A stretch of DNA of 32,000 nucleotides from Wolbachia endosymbiont of Cimex lectularius (GCF_000829315.1 NZ_AP013028.1:270001-302000); one strand, 5' to 3'. Positions 18,334-29,246 are shown, counted from the stretch's first letter. The notes: generated by a model from the letters alone, not told the origin. Translations and numbers: made by a program.

Positions 18334-20778
18334 CTAGAAAGAAAACTTCACGCCAGTGAGGAAGAGAACCCCTTTGTTAGAAGGTGCTACATCTGTACCA
18401 CTACCTGCTTTCGTAATCTTATAACTATCAGCTTGCTTCTCGTCAGTCATAAAGTAATGAAGGGCTGCATAAGGAACAAATTTGCTCTTACTGCAAGTAG
18501 GAGAGAGATCATATTGAACACCAAGTGCAACATCATGGAGCTTATCTCCATCATTCATTGTGCTACCAAAGTACGTCAAGCTTGTGTAGAAGCTCTCATA
18601 TTGATAACCAGCACCCGCAGTCCAATACATGGTATCCTTCTCAAACTGCTTTAAGCCTTCTTTTTTGTCATTATCGGTAATATCTTTATATCCACTAGGG
18701 TCAAGTTCCTTGATGTTCTTTGGTTGGCCAGATTTGCCCAAATATGCAAAAGAGGCAGCAAGTTTTACGCTTTGATCTTCGTTGATCTTATAGTCAGCGC
18801 TCACACCCAAATTAACGCCCATCAGGTCGTTGTATTCCACAAATTCCTTATAAAGATGCTTATCTTTATTTGGCTCCTTTGCTTTACCATATTCACCAAC
18901 CACAGAAGTTTTGACTTTTATATTATGCTGACTAAAGTCATACTCATATAACGCGCCAGCACTTATTATGTGCTCATAATCTGGACCGATGTGTCTTATA
19001 GCTGAGTCTGCTGCACCGTCATACAGCATTTTATTTACAACTTTGTCAAGAAATTGCTTTTCTACTGCAGTTTTAACATCAGTAGTAGTAGGCCCATCAT
19101 TTAAAAGTTTACTGACCGTTTCTTTTAATTTTTCAACGAACTGATCTTTAGTGCCACCCGCTGTGTTTAATGTTGGCTCCAGGGTTATAAGCTTAGCTTT
19201 CATTGCAGTACCGTCTCCAGGCTTTGTTACAGCAGTGATGCTACTAGGGAAATCGGTTATTCCATACTTAGCATAACCAGTAGGAGCAGTTCCTTCACCA
19301 ATTGCAGGTAAGATTTTAACTGCTTCATCAAGAGCTGCTGCTTTTTCAGCTTGAGTAGCAGCACTGCCAGCAAACGTCACGTTCTTGACCAAATCATTAA
19401 TTGCGTCGTCTGCTGATTTATATTTTTTACCACTAATTTCAGTCCCGCTATTAAATTTAAGCTTACTAGCATCAACAAATGCACTGGTAATATTATCAAT
19501 TTCCGCTTTAAAAGGACTAGCATTCATACTATCACTTACACTAAACAAACTACTCTCATAGCGAGGTGAATAGCTGACGCCAAACTTTGCGCCCATGTAA
19601 CTTGGTGAATAGTAAGCGATTCTAAATGGCAGTGTAGTCAGAACACCTTTGTTATACTTTCCAGCCATGCGGAAAGAGAACCTTTCGCTTTCACTTGAGA
19701 AGCTTTCAGTGTAAAGACGTGGTGTTACATAAAATGGAAAGCTCGCAGCGCTTCCTTCTAAGTTCACTTTTCTGAACCAGTCACTATCTGCAGCTCCGTC
19801 AACAGTTGCAATTCTTGTTGCATCAAGCCTCATTAGAGCTTCAGGACCGAACTGGTAGCCAAGTTTCAGATCACCATATTTTGAATTCAAAAACACATGT
19901 GCACTTCTGCTTCTTGCTGCATTCACACCTTGTGAAGCTCCTTTGCCCTCTGTCACTGGAACGTGGAATTGTACATCAGCACCATAAAGAAGACCTAAAT
20001 CTTCATTTTTGTTTTCAGCTCTTAAGTGCAATATCGCATCTGCAATCATGCCCATGTCTTCGCTATAATCACCGATGTTTCCTATTCCTCCAGGAAATAA
20101 TGGATTTGCCCCTTTTATTTTATCAGGCTCAATTTTATAGTAGTCTACAGACTTGCCTGCCTTAATGTTATAGCGTTTATAATCTTCGCCATCTGGCCCT
20201 GCTTTACCATAACCTTTGGCATCAACAACGCCACCGAAAGTGATTCTCAAACCACTTGCTCCTTGGTTGGTGTCAGTAATATCAACGCCACCAACTGAGA
20301 CAACAGGACTGGCTTTGCCTTTTTCCTCTATGTTTTTATTAACAGCTTTAGCCTCAATTTTAGCTTTCTGAGTTTTAGAACTCTTAGTTTTTGAACTTTC
20401 TATATTAGAGTTCTTAACATTGAGAGTTTTTGCTTTTGAATCCTTTGCAAGTTTCGCTTGTTCCTTGCTAGCTAGCTTTGCCTCCTCTTTTTTCTTTTTC
20501 TCAGCTAGCTCCTCTTTTCTCTTTTTCCCGGCCGTTAGCTTCAGTTCCTCTTTTTTCTTAAGCTCTTCAGCTTTCTTTTTTGGATCAGCATTACATATCC
20601 TGTCCATTTTCTCTTTTAGTTTTTTATTTGATGTTTTCATAACTTCCATTTTTCCAGAAGTTACTGCGCTCTCTTGCTTTTTTATACTTTCATCAGAAAA
20701 GTCAGCAGCAAAACCGCCGAAAGAACATAAAGTCAATAAGGAAGCTAGAGCAGTTCTAGTGTAGGTAGATTGTTTCAT
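18334..20778 (-). CDS. Large porin-like outer-membrane beta-barrel protein with a Lys/Glu-rich N-terminal region
   Basis: 814 aa; signal peptide MKQSTYTRTALASLLTLCSFGGFAA, charged helical stretch, barrel-like repeats ending in GVKFSF (C-terminal Phe). Confidence 0.8.
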   Translation of the reverse strand: MKQSTYTRTALASLLTLCSFGGFAADFSDESIKKQESAVTSGKMEVMKTSNKKLKEKMDRICNADPKKKAEELKKKEELKLTAGKKRKEELAEKKKKEEAKLASKEQAKLAKDSKAKTLNVKNSNIESSKTKSSKTQKAKIEAKAVNKNIEEKGKASPVVSVGGVDITDTNQGASGLRITFGGVVDAKGYGKAGPDGEDYKRYNIKAGKSVDYYKIEPDKIKGANPLFPGGIGNIGDYSEDMGMIADAILHLRAENKNEDLGLLYGADVQFHVPVTEGKGASQGVNAARSRSAHVFLNSKYGDLKLGYQFGPEALMRLDATRIATVDGAADSDWFRKVNLEGSAASFPFYVTPRLYTESFSSESERFSFRMAGKYNKGVLTTLPFRIAYYSPSYMGAKFGVSYSPRYESSLFSVSDSMNASPFKAEIDNITSAFVDASKLKFNSGTEISGKKYKSADDAINDLVKNVTFAGSAATQAEKAAALDEAVKILPAIGEGTAPTGYAKYGITDFPSSITAVTKPGDGTAMKAKLITLEPTLNTAGGTKDQFVEKLKETVSKLLNDGPTTTDVKTAVEKQFLDKVVNKMLYDGAADSAIRHIGPDYEHIISAGALYEYDFSQHNIKVKTSVVGEYGKAKEPNKDKHLYKEFVEYNDLMGVNLGVSADYKINEDQSVKLAASFAYLGKSGQPKNIKELDPSGYKDITDNDKKEGLKQFEKDTMYWTAGAGYQYESFYTSLTYFGSTMNDGDKLHDVALGVQYDLSPTCSKSKFVPYAALHYFMTDEKQADSYKITKAGSGTDVAPSNKGVLFLTGVKFSF

Positions 20779-22935
20779 GAAGTGCCCCCAAAAAATTTCA
20801 AAATCATTATCTTAAACGTAAATAGTACAAAAATGTTGAAAGTTCAACTTAAAGCAACCTTATAGCTGAAACAAAAGTAAAATGCAACATCTTAAGAACA
20901 ACTTTTTTAATATCCCTAGCGTGCATATTAACTAAAACTTAGCACAGAGGTTTGCCTGTTGCCCGCATTATAACTCTACTGCTCACTCTGCGGAAGTAAA
21001 AATTTTCCATGATAAAATAACAAATATAGTTAAGAATAAAAAGTTTCCGTAAAATACTTTAACATTTATTAAAATATTAAAAATAACTGTTGACAATAGT
21101 ATAGTTAATTTATTTAATAAGTATTGAGGTATTTTATATGGATTTTAGTTTTCTACGCAATTGGCTTGGTATCACAAACACCAGTACAAGCGACGTAAGT
21201 TCAATACCAGGCAATGATAACGGAGTAGAAGAATATAACGATGAATTTGAAATCCTTGAAGATTATGAATTTATAAATCCTCGTGATCCAAGTGAAGTAC
21301 ATTCTTTGCCTGATCAAACAGGTGAGAGTGTTGTAGAAATTGCAGGATTCAATAAAGAGAAATTATTGGAAATGAGTAATTTCTGTAAAATAAGCTATGG
21401 TAATAATGACGAGAACTAGGCAAAAAAAACTTTAGAGCTTTAGCTTATGATGATAGTCTTTCTAGCAGAAATGAAGAAGATTTTGTAATCCTTAAAAATG
21501 AAAAAATGTATAAAGCTAGAGCTGAGCTTACTCGCGAAGGTTATGAAATTATTCCATTTGGTAATAGCTTCGAAGAAGATGCTGGTCATGTCTTCATAAA
21601 AGGTAAAGAAATAACAATAGCTTATCACGGTACTCGTTTTAAGCACGGCTTGTGGGGCTTAAATGATGTAATCACTGATTTAAATGCATCTTTTACGACT
21701 TCAGAACTTTTACCCGAAGGTGGAAGAGTTCATCGTGGTTTCTATAACTCATTCACAGATTCATGGCCTAACCTTTATGGTATTTTAAAGTCTCATGCCG
21801 AAAAACAAGGGTCAAAAATTAAAGATTTTAAGATTAATCTCACAGGTCATAGTATGGGAGGAGCTGTTGCTAAAATAGCTGCTTTGTGTCTCAACAAAAC
21901 AGAGGAGGCTAAAGATATTCATGTTGCAACTTTTGGTGATCCGAGAGTTTTTGATCTTACTGCTAGTGAAATTTACAATGATGCTCTTCAAGAAACAACT
22001 ATAAGAGTAACTCAGCATAGGCAAGATCCAGTGCCAGCAGTATCACCTGGTTCGTTTGGTTATGCGCATGTAGGCGCACAACTAAGAGTAGCAGTACCAG
22101 AAGGATATTCTTTTCATAAAACAGATGGTTATCACGAAGCTATTTATAGAACAGATGAAAGGGAGTTCCAATCAAACAATGGCGTGTCCCTCTTTTACTA
22201 TCCTTCAAAAATGCTAGGACGAATTAACTCTGCGGTTTTAGGTAATGCTCAATATTACGCTGCTCATTTATTAGGGTATGCTTTCGGTCAATCAAACTTT
22301 TTTGAAGAAGTGAAGAGTAAGTATGAAAATCCTTCTAAGAACCTGTTTAAAATCTTCGTAACAGGAGAGAAATGAAGGAGAGGACTATCATCTGTAAGCT
22401 AGTGTTGAGCTTCCGCTCGCAATTTTTCCACAATCGCCTGCACTTTTCTAACCAGGCAAAAGAGCGTTCAACAACCCATCTTTTTGGCAATACGACGAAA
22501 GTGTGTAACTCACTTCGCTTTATTACTTCAACAGTCGCACCAATGATAGCTTTTATTTGTGTTGCAAAATTTTCTCCTGTGTAGCCAGCATCAACCAGTA
22601 TGTTTTTAACTTCAGAGAGGTTTGCTTTAGCATTTTCGACCATTTTCACAGCACTGCTACGGTCAGTTGCTTCTGCCGTTGTTACATAAATTGCATGTGG
22701 CAAACCTTGTGTATCAACTGCAATATGGCGCTTTATCCCTGAAATCTTTTTACCTGCATCATAGCCTTTTTTTTTCAGCAGTATCTGCGTTTTTAACGCT
22801 TTGAGAATCAATTATACAAAAGCTAGTTTTCTCTTTCCGACCATTGCTGATACGGACCTCTCCAACTAATTTTTTTTAAGAACCTGTTTAAAATCTTGGA
22901 AATGTGAGGTAAAGTAAGCATAGATTAATAATGAG

Positions 22936-23256
22936 GTGTCTATGCAGAAAAGTTATCCAAGTAATATAAGTCAAGAGCAGTTTGAAAAAATCAGGCCAAT
23001 TTTGGAGAGTAGCAAGCAGAAAACAAAACCAAGAAAACTTGATTTGTATGACGTATTTTGTGGGGTGTTGTACGTCTTAAAAAGTGGTTGTCAGTGGAGG
23101 ATGTTACCAAAGGGTTTTCCAAGATGGGAAAGCGTATATTACTATTTTCGAGTGTGGAGTAAAAAGAATGGAGAAGAGCCAAGCTTGTTGGAATTAGTCT
23201 TAAAAAAAATTAGTTGGAGAGGTCCGTATCAGCAATGGTCGGAAAGAGAAAACTAG
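22936..23256 (+). CDS. IS5-family transposase, upstream frame (orfA)
   Basis: LYDVFCGVLYVLKSGCQWRMLPKGFPRWESVYYYFRVW, a typical IS5-family N-terminal region. Confidence 0.9.
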   Translation: MSMQKSYPSNISQEQFEKIRPILESSKQKTKPRKLDLYDVFCGVLYVLKSGCQWRMLPKGFPRWESVYYYFRVWSKKNGEEPSLLELVLKKISWRGPYQQWSEREN

Positions 23257-23731
23257 CTTTTGTATAATTGATTCTCAAAGCGTTAAAAACGCAGATACTG
23301 CTGAAAAAAAAGGCTATGATGCAGGTAAAAAGATTTCAGGGATAAAGCGCCATATTGCAGTTGATACACAAGGTTTGCCACATGCAATTTATGTAACAAC
23401 GGCAGAAGCAACTGACCGTAGCAGTGCTGTGAAAATGGTCGAAAATGCTAAAGCAAACCTCTCTGAAGTTAAAAACATACTGGTTGATGCTGGCTACACA
23501 GGAGAAAATTTTGCAACACAAATAAAAGCTATCATTGGTGCGACTGTTGAAGTAATAAAGCGAAGTGAGTTACACACTTTCGTTGTATTGCCAAAAAGAT
23601 GGGTTGTTGAACGCTCTTTTGCCTGGTTAGAAAAGTGCAGGCGATTGTGGAAAAATTGCGAGCGGAAGCTCAACACTAGCTTACAGATGATAGTCCTCTC
23701 CTTCATTTCTCTCCTGTTACGAAGATTTTAA
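23210..23731 (+). CDS. IS5-family transposase, downstream frame (orfB), probably expressed by frameshifting
   Basis: Frame reads LVGEVRISNGRKEKTSFCIIDSQSVKNADTAEKKGYDAGKKISGIKRHIAVDTQGLPHAIYV...KRWVVERSFAWLEKCRRLWKN. Confidence 0.85.
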   Translation, partial: LVGEVRISNGRKEKTSFCIIDSQSVKNADTAEKKGYDAGKKISGIKRHIAVDTQGLPHAIYVTTAEATDRSSAVKMVENAKANLSEVKNILVDAGYTGENFATQIKAIIGATVEVIKRSELHTFVVLPKRWVVERSFAWLEKCRRLWKNCERKLNTSLQMIVLSFISLLLRRF

Positions 23732-24167
23732 ACAAGTTCTAAGACTAATTCCAACAAGCTTGGCTCTTCTCCATTCTTTTTACTCCACACTCGAAAATAG
23801 TAATATACGCTTTCCCATCTTGGAAAACCCTTTGGTAACATCCTCCACTGACAACCACTTTTTAAGACGTACAACACCCCACAAAATACGTCATACAAAT
23901 CAAGTTTTCTTGGTTTTGTTTTCTGCTTGCTACTCTCCAAAATTGGCCTGATTTTTTCAAACTGCTCTTGACTTATATTACTTGGATAACTTTTCTGCAT
24001 AGACACCTCATTATTAATCTATGCTTACTTTACCTCACATTTCCAAGATTTTAAACAGGTTCTAAGACTAAGCAAGCAGAGGGTAAATATGAAAACCCTT
24101 CTCTTGAGCAAGTAAAAGTTGAGTCACATAAAGACTTTTCACCTGCTGTGGTTGGCGTAGCAGGTGG

Positions 24168-24190
24168 TTAATGGAGCAATGCTCCATTAA
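24168..24190. terminator. Perfect palindrome at the lipase stop codon, possible terminator
   Basis: TTAATGGAGCA-A-TGCTCCATTAA; no clear downstream U-tract. Confidence 0.35.
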
Positions 24191-24516
24191 CCCTTATATA
24201 TATAGCCCTTCTTATGATAATCCAAACAAAACAAAGGATGGATCTTACAGTAACTGGATACCAACAACATATGGTTATCGGACGGAAGGGCTATAGATCC
24301 TAGCGTTACGCACTGAAGCAATAAAAGCTACTCCACCTTTATTACCGCCTAAAAGTAACTAGCTACAGGCACCATAGCGTTAAGCTACTTCTACTATATC
24401 TAATTAAGCATATTAGTAGGTAAATGAATTTTAATATAATCTGATTATACTTATAAATACGCTGTATAGAATGAAAGCATGGAAGATTTTATAACGCAAG
24501 AAGGAAAGATGATGCT

Positions 24517-25284
24517 GTGATGTCTGTTTGTCAGGATAACAGGAGAAAAACTGTATTAATTTCAGGGCTCAATCAAGCTGCAAGGGATTTGTTAAAATAT
24601 GAGAAAGAGAGTTTACTCAATAAGCCATTAATCAATATTTTAAGTGCAAGAGCAGCTGACGATGTGAGAAATTATTTAGAGTATGCCGAGGATGGATATG
24701 ATTTACTTGACATATTGCCTAAAGTGATAGGTTTTTCCTTAATTAACTCTAAAGGAGAGGATATCAAGACAAAAGTAAAAGTTTTTCGCACCATGCAATT
24801 CACTAATGACAAGATTAATTATGAGCTGTTGATACGCGACATCAGCTTACTTCATAAGCTAGGAATATTTAGGGATGAATATCTAATGGGTAAAAAGTAC
24901 AAAAACCACGACTTATTTGTTATACCAGACAATGAATCCTCTATTCTAGAGCTGCGTGCTACATCAAATTTCGCTCTGCAACATCAAATTAGTATGGCTG
25001 TGGGAGTTATTGGTTTCGATAGTAACTGTGAAGAGACGAACGATGCACTGAAAGTTGTTATAGAGCACTTTCACAAAAATTGCCGCAGTGATGATTTTTT
25101 AGGGTATATTGGTGAAAATAAAGTGCTCTTTATCTTATTTAACTGTAATACAGAAGACACACCTAAAGTAATTGATCGTATACATTCTGCTATCAATAAG
25201 CAGCTATTAAAACAAAGATTACCCCGTGTGTCAGTAATTTATGGAAGTATAGCTCAAAAACTAGCTGCACAGTACAAAATCTAA
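24517..25284 (+). CDS. PAS-domain protein with a degenerate GGDEF-like C-terminal region
   Basis: 255 aa; NQAARDLLKYEKESLLNKPLINIL (PAS-like) and RSDDFLGYIGENKVLFIL aligned by eye with RxDxxxRxGGDEFxxL. Confidence 0.5.
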   Translation: MMSVCQDNRRKTVLISGLNQAARDLLKYEKESLLNKPLINILSARAADDVRNYLEYAEDGYDLLDILPKVIGFSLINSKGEDIKTKVKVFRTMQFTNDKINYELLIRDISLLHKLGIFRDEYLMGKKYKNHDLFVIPDNESSILELRATSNFALQHQISMAVGVIGFDSNCEETNDALKVVIEHFHKNCRSDDFLGYIGENKVLFILFNCNTEDTPKVIDRIHSAINKQLLKQRLPRVSVIYGSIAQKLAAQYKI

Positions 25285-25359
25285 TATTTTATGTAAAAAA
25301 GTTGTCTTTTGTCTATATTGGATTTAAACTTAAATTTTTATAAAAGTTTAAGTTCATTC

Positions 25360-26535
25360 ATGAAGTTGAAATACTGCCTAGTAGCGCTGCTTTTGTTATT
25401 ATTCTCGCAAAATAGTGCTAACGCTAGGGTAATTCCGGATAAGGGAATATTTTATGCAGAACTGGAGGGAAAAATAGACTTGAGGTTTGGCTACGCTTTT
25501 AATAAAGATTCTTTCAATATTAAGCCTAAAGACAAGATTTCAAGTCATTCACACTTGTGCTTTCTTTATTTACAGCAGGTTTATCCGAATACTCAAATGG
25601 GGTTTAATGTTAAGGTAGGAGTTTCTGGTATTGCAAACCTAAAGGAGTTGGATATAACAAAACTGGGCATGGAAGAATGGTATTTTATCATAAAAAACCG
25701 GGGGCTTGGATCAATTGAGTATGGGAAAGGAAGTTTAGCCAGCCAAAGTATGCTGATCAATACTTCAAAAATTTACGTGGCTGCTGGAGGAGTAAATGGT
25801 TGGTGGACAAACTACGCAAATCTGCGTGGCGATGAAAAGAGGGGCATTGGTACTGGATACGATAAAGACAAAGTCTTTTGGGTTAAACCCAATATTTATA
25901 GTGATTATAATGGACTAGAGCTGAAATTAAAGCAACCAGCAATAAGCTATACCTCCCCTGAGATTTATAACTTTCAACTTGGGCTTAGTTATGTTCCAGG
26001 GAAGAATAACTTGTATTATAACAATCTAGTTGCTGCTGGCCTTTCCTATAAGAATAGTTTGTCGGATGATATAAATTTTACTGCTGCTTTAACTGGTGAA
26101 TTTGCAAGGGAAAATTTAACTGATTGCTCAGATGAAACTTCTGAAGGTTATGAATGTTGTAATCAATTATTGCACTGGAATTTTGGCTTAAACCTGAAAC
26201 TTTTCGACCTTGATTGCATTTTTTCATACGGTAATGGTGGTAAATCGGGTAAGAGATATAATCCTGAAACGACTAATACGTATTATACGAATGCAGGTGT
26301 CGCTTACCGCTCTGATTCTCGCAAATTGAGCTTAACATGTTTTAATAGTGGTCGGGATATTGCAGACAAAGGTACGAACAAATTAACATCATATGCTTTA
26401 AGCCTTGAAAGTTCTCTTTTTATGGGCAGTTCATACTATTTCGATATTGTAAAATTTAATGCCGAAGAGCCCATCGAAGAGTCTAAAAATAACTCAGGTT
26501 ACGTGCTTTTGGCTGGGTTGAAGTTAAGTTTTTGA
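25360..26535 (+). CDS. Outer-membrane porin-like protein (start probably 25360; the ORF track begins at 25309)
   Basis: Signal peptide MKLKYCLVALLLLLFSQNSANA, beta-rich body, C-terminal VLLAGLKLSF ending in Phe. Confidence 0.7.
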   Translation: MKLKYCLVALLLLLFSQNSANARVIPDKGIFYAELEGKIDLRFGYAFNKDSFNIKPKDKISSHSHLCFLYLQQVYPNTQMGFNVKVGVSGIANLKELDITKLGMEEWYFIIKNRGLGSIEYGKGSLASQSMLINTSKIYVAAGGVNGWWTNYANLRGDEKRGIGTGYDKDKVFWVKPNIYSDYNGLELKLKQPAISYTSPEIYNFQLGLSYVPGKNNLYYNNLVAAGLSYKNSLSDDINFTAALTGEFARENLTDCSDETSEGYECCNQLLHWNFGLNLKLFDLDCIFSYGNGGKSGKRYNPETTNTYYTNAGVAYRSDSRKLSLTCFNSGRDIADKGTNKLTSYALSLESSLFMGSSYYFDIVKFNAEEPIEESKNNSGYVLLAGLKLSF

Positions 26536-26563
26536 TAAATGCATTGCAGCAGTTTAGATAGTT

Positions 26564-27754
26564 TTGCTTTACTTGAAAACCAACTCACTGCATTATGTCC
26601 ATAGAATATTGCTATATCAAAACATGCTACAACTGCTAACCTTACTCACTATTATTGCTTCAGTTGTATTTTTTGGTCATTTAGTTCCAATAGAAGCAAA
26701 AACATTTTTGTACTCATTGAGCTTAAGTATCAAAGAAATTTTGCTATTTATAATGCCTTTTATTGTCTTTGCGTTAATCTTCAGCAGTATTAACAATCTT
26801 AAGCAGTCGGCTATAAAGTTTATACTATTACTTGTTATAATGATTTTCTTATCGAATCTAGCTTCAAGTTTAATTGCTTATTCGATTGGACATTTTGTCC
26901 TGCAAAACACTTATTCGATACAAGATATAACATATGAAGAAACAATTGCTCCTTTGTGGTCGTTTAAGCTGCCGCTACTCCTTTCTAACTTTCACGCTCT
27001 CGCTTATGGATTTATGTCCAGTTTGATAGTGTCTGTTCTGCTACCCAAAAAGAGCAAAGAGTTCTCGCGCAAAATGTCGGACTTAACTTTGTTTATTCTA
27101 AAAGTCTTTTTGATACCAGTTATTCCAGTATTCGTACTTGGGCTTGCTTTAAAAATGCAACATGATCAGGTTCTATCTATAATATTCAAAGATTACTCAA
27201 TAATTTTTGTTATTATAGCATCTGTAACTTACTTTTATGTTTTTCTCTTATACGGAGCAGCAAATTCGTTTAAGATCAAAGGCTGGATAACTAGCATAAG
27301 CAATATGATACCAGCACTTATTACTGCGATGAGTACAATGTCTAGCAATGCAACTATGCCACTTACTCTTGAAGGAAGCAAAAAAAATGTAAAGCAACCT
27401 GATGTAGCATCGTCTGTTATACCAATAACTGCTGGCTTTCATTTAGTAGGTGATTGCTTTTTTATTATAATATTATCGATGATAATAACTTCTGGTTATG
27501 CATTGTCCACAACAGACTATGTAACTTTCCTTCTTTATTTTTTGTTATTTAAGTTTGCTATTGCTGCAGTTCCGGCAGGAGGAATTGTGGTAATGCTGCC
27601 TGTTCTTGAAAGGTACCTTAAATTCTCTCCAGAAATGCTCTCGCTGATCACAGCATTATATGTAGTGTTTGATCCAATAATAACTTCAGCAAATGTTATG
27701 GGCAATGGTACTTTTACTATAATGTTTACAAAACTCTATGATAAGCTTAGGTAA
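26564..27754 (+). CDS. Dicarboxylate/amino acid:cation symporter (DAACS/SDF family)
   Basis: 396 aa multi-pass; [54 protein letters not shown]. Confidence 0.85.
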   Translation: MLYLKTNSLHYVHRILLYQNMLQLLTLLTIIASVVFFGHLVPIEAKTFLYSLSLSIKEILLFIMPFIVFALIFSSINNLKQSAIKFILLLVIMIFLSNLASSLIAYSIGHFVLQNTYSIQDITYEETIAPLWSFKLPLLLSNFHALAYGFMSSLIVSVLLPKKSKEFSRKMSDLTLFILKVFLIPVIPVFVLGLALKMQHDQVLSIIFKDYSIIFVIIASVTYFYVFLLYGAANSFKIKGWITSISNMIPALITAMSTMSSNATMPLTLEGSKKNVKQPDVASSVIPITAGFHLVGDCFFIIILSMIITSGYALSTTDYVTFLLYFLLFKFAIAAVPAGGIVVMLPVLERYLKFSPEMLSLITALYVVFDPIITSANVMGNGTFTIMFTKLYDKLR

Positions 27755-28362
27755 TGTCCATTCTAGCAATTGATACCGTAGGTGCTGGTAGTTCGATCGC
27801 GATAATTGACCACGATGGTAATTGTTTTATAGAGCGCAACTCCACCAGCAATAGTCATGCAGAAACATTTTTTCAAATTTTGAACACTCTGTTCAATAAG
27901 CACGATTATAACTACGATAAAATAGACCATTTAGTGGTGGTGGTTGGACCAGGAAGTTTTACTGGAATTAGAGTTGGTATATCGGCTGCAAAAGGCATAA
28001 ATCTTGCTACGAATAAGCCGTTATACGGAGTGAGTGCACTGGAAGTTCAGGCATATGTAATATCCTTGCTTTGTGCAAACAGCAAAAAAAATATCAGAGC
28101 TATAATCAAAAATGCTCAAGGGTCTTACACGCAGTTATTTGATTTCAATTTATTGCCGCTGTCAGAGCCAGTTGCGGCCCAGTGCGTGATAGGTACTGGG
28201 CCGACAGACAATAACTGCATCACATATGTGGATTGCAATTTATCAGAGTTAAATGCTAGCCATGCAGGACTATTGGTCCGTTATAGGCTAGAAAATAAAC
28301 AAAAATTAAATGGGGTCGACGCTCTATATTTAAATGAGCCCCAGTATATGAAATTATTATAA
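27754..28362 (+). CDS. tsaB: tRNA threonylcarbamoyladenosine biosynthesis protein TsaB
   Basis: 202 aa; [38 protein letters not shown]; start overlaps the symporter stop. Confidence 0.9.
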   Translation: MSILAIDTVGAGSSIAIIDHDGNCFIERNSTSNSHAETFFQILNTLFNKHDYNYDKIDHLVVVVGPGSFTGIRVGISAAKGINLATNKPLYGVSALEVQAYVISLLCANSKKNIRAIIKNAQGSYTQLFDFNLLPLSEPVAAQCVIGTGPTDNNCITYVDCNLSELNASHAGLLVRYRLENKQKLNGVDALYLNEPQYMKLL

Positions 28363-29114
28363 TTACCCTTTTGCGTAAGCTCTATCGATTTGACTAAGTC
28401 TGTACATCTGATTTGTTATTTCTTCGGCTACTTCTTTTATACTCATATTTGAATTTTCTATTTCTATGGCATTCGGCGGTATAAATAAATTACGAGTCCT
28501 AAATTTCTCTATAACACTACTCATGTTAGTAACCTTCCTATTTTCCCTTTGTCTTTTTAATTTAATGCGTTTTTGTAATGTAGGTAGGTCACACTTTAGC
28601 ACTATAGGAAGAATTCTTGTATTCATTCTTTTACTAAGCTCTACTACTGAGTTATATATCCTTATATCGTAGTCGTTATTTTTCATCAATTCATCGATAA
28701 ATATGTAATTTTTTGAATGAATTGATAGGTCTCTATTGCCTGAAGCATAATTTGTGCAACGTTATATATTCTATCTTGGACTTCTTTAGGGATTTGGTCA
28801 TATTCAAAGATATTATCATATATAGAGCGGATTTGAGTATTGTTGGAAAAGTTGCTGTTTACAATCAGTGCACCTATCATATTAGATAATTCTATTGCTG
28901 TAGAAAGCTTGCCACTCCCTGAAAAGCCGATAATATATACGAAAACTCCTGTTATCTGTTCCTTTGTATTAATGTTTATCATATTATTTATAATGTTAAA
29001 ATCTATATTCATAATAACATGAAACTTAAACTTTAAAACATTTGAAACATTATATAGAAAAATTATTTTTACAGTTAAGATATTATGTAATTCAGAGACA
29101 TAAATTCCGTGCAA
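28363..29114 (-). pseudogene. P-loop kinase-like gene split by a frameshift
   Basis: 28686-29114 carries YIIGFSGSGKLSTAIELSN; the other frame reads KNYIFIDELMKNNDYDIRIYNSVVELSKRMNTRILPIVLKCDLPTLQKRI..., so the frame changes near 28735. Confidence 0.6.
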
Positions 29115-29246
29115 GTTCCATAGATTATGTAATAGAGAATTGCTTACTAAGAATTCCTCTTCCTAATTTACCTCCAAACTAAAAGTATGAGTTTACTACG
29201 AACCTCTTTTCTTGTATAAACTTTCAAAAGATCTTAGCTGAAAATC

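Larger units (their letters stand above)
22880..23739 (+). mobile_element. IS5-family insertion sequence, copy D (860 bp), nested inside copy C in opposite orientation
   Basis: GAACCTGTTTAAAATC at the left, GATTTTAAACAAGTTC at the right (one mismatch); TAA at 22877-22879 and 23740-23742; ORFs 22936-23256 and 23375-23731. Confidence 0.95.
22339..24062 (-). mobile_element. IS5-family insertion sequence, copy C (861 bp of its own sequence), split by copy D
   Basis: Outer termini with flanking TAA at 22336-22338 and 24063-24065. Left part 22339-22879; right part resumes after the copy D target duplication. 1724 - 863 = 861 bp. Confidence 0.95.
21138..24171 (+). pseudogene. Class 3 lipase-like gene, frameshifted and interrupted by nested ISs
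   Basis: ORF 21138-21419; frame continues after a shift near 21411 as ELGKKNFRALAYDDSLSSRNEEDF..., including ORF 21506-22375 with TIAYHGTR and LTGHSMGGAVAK. Removing the ISs and one TAA copy restores ...NPSKTKQAEGKYENPSLEQVKVESHKDFSPAVVGVAGG*. Confidence 0.85.

Noticed and set aside
20420-20764. Phe/Ser-rich ORF opposite the porin N-terminus
   Set aside because: Reverse complement of the Lys/Glu-rich coding stretch; not an independent gene.
22339-24062. Composite transposon hypothesis for the paired IS copies
   Set aside because: The coordinates and TAA duplications show a nested insertion with no cargo between complete elements.
24171-24317. 48-aa ORF starting in the lipase stop codon (MEQCSINPYIYSPSYDNPNKTKDG...)
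   Set aside because: Short, no recognisable domain, and could be chance or a gene fragment.
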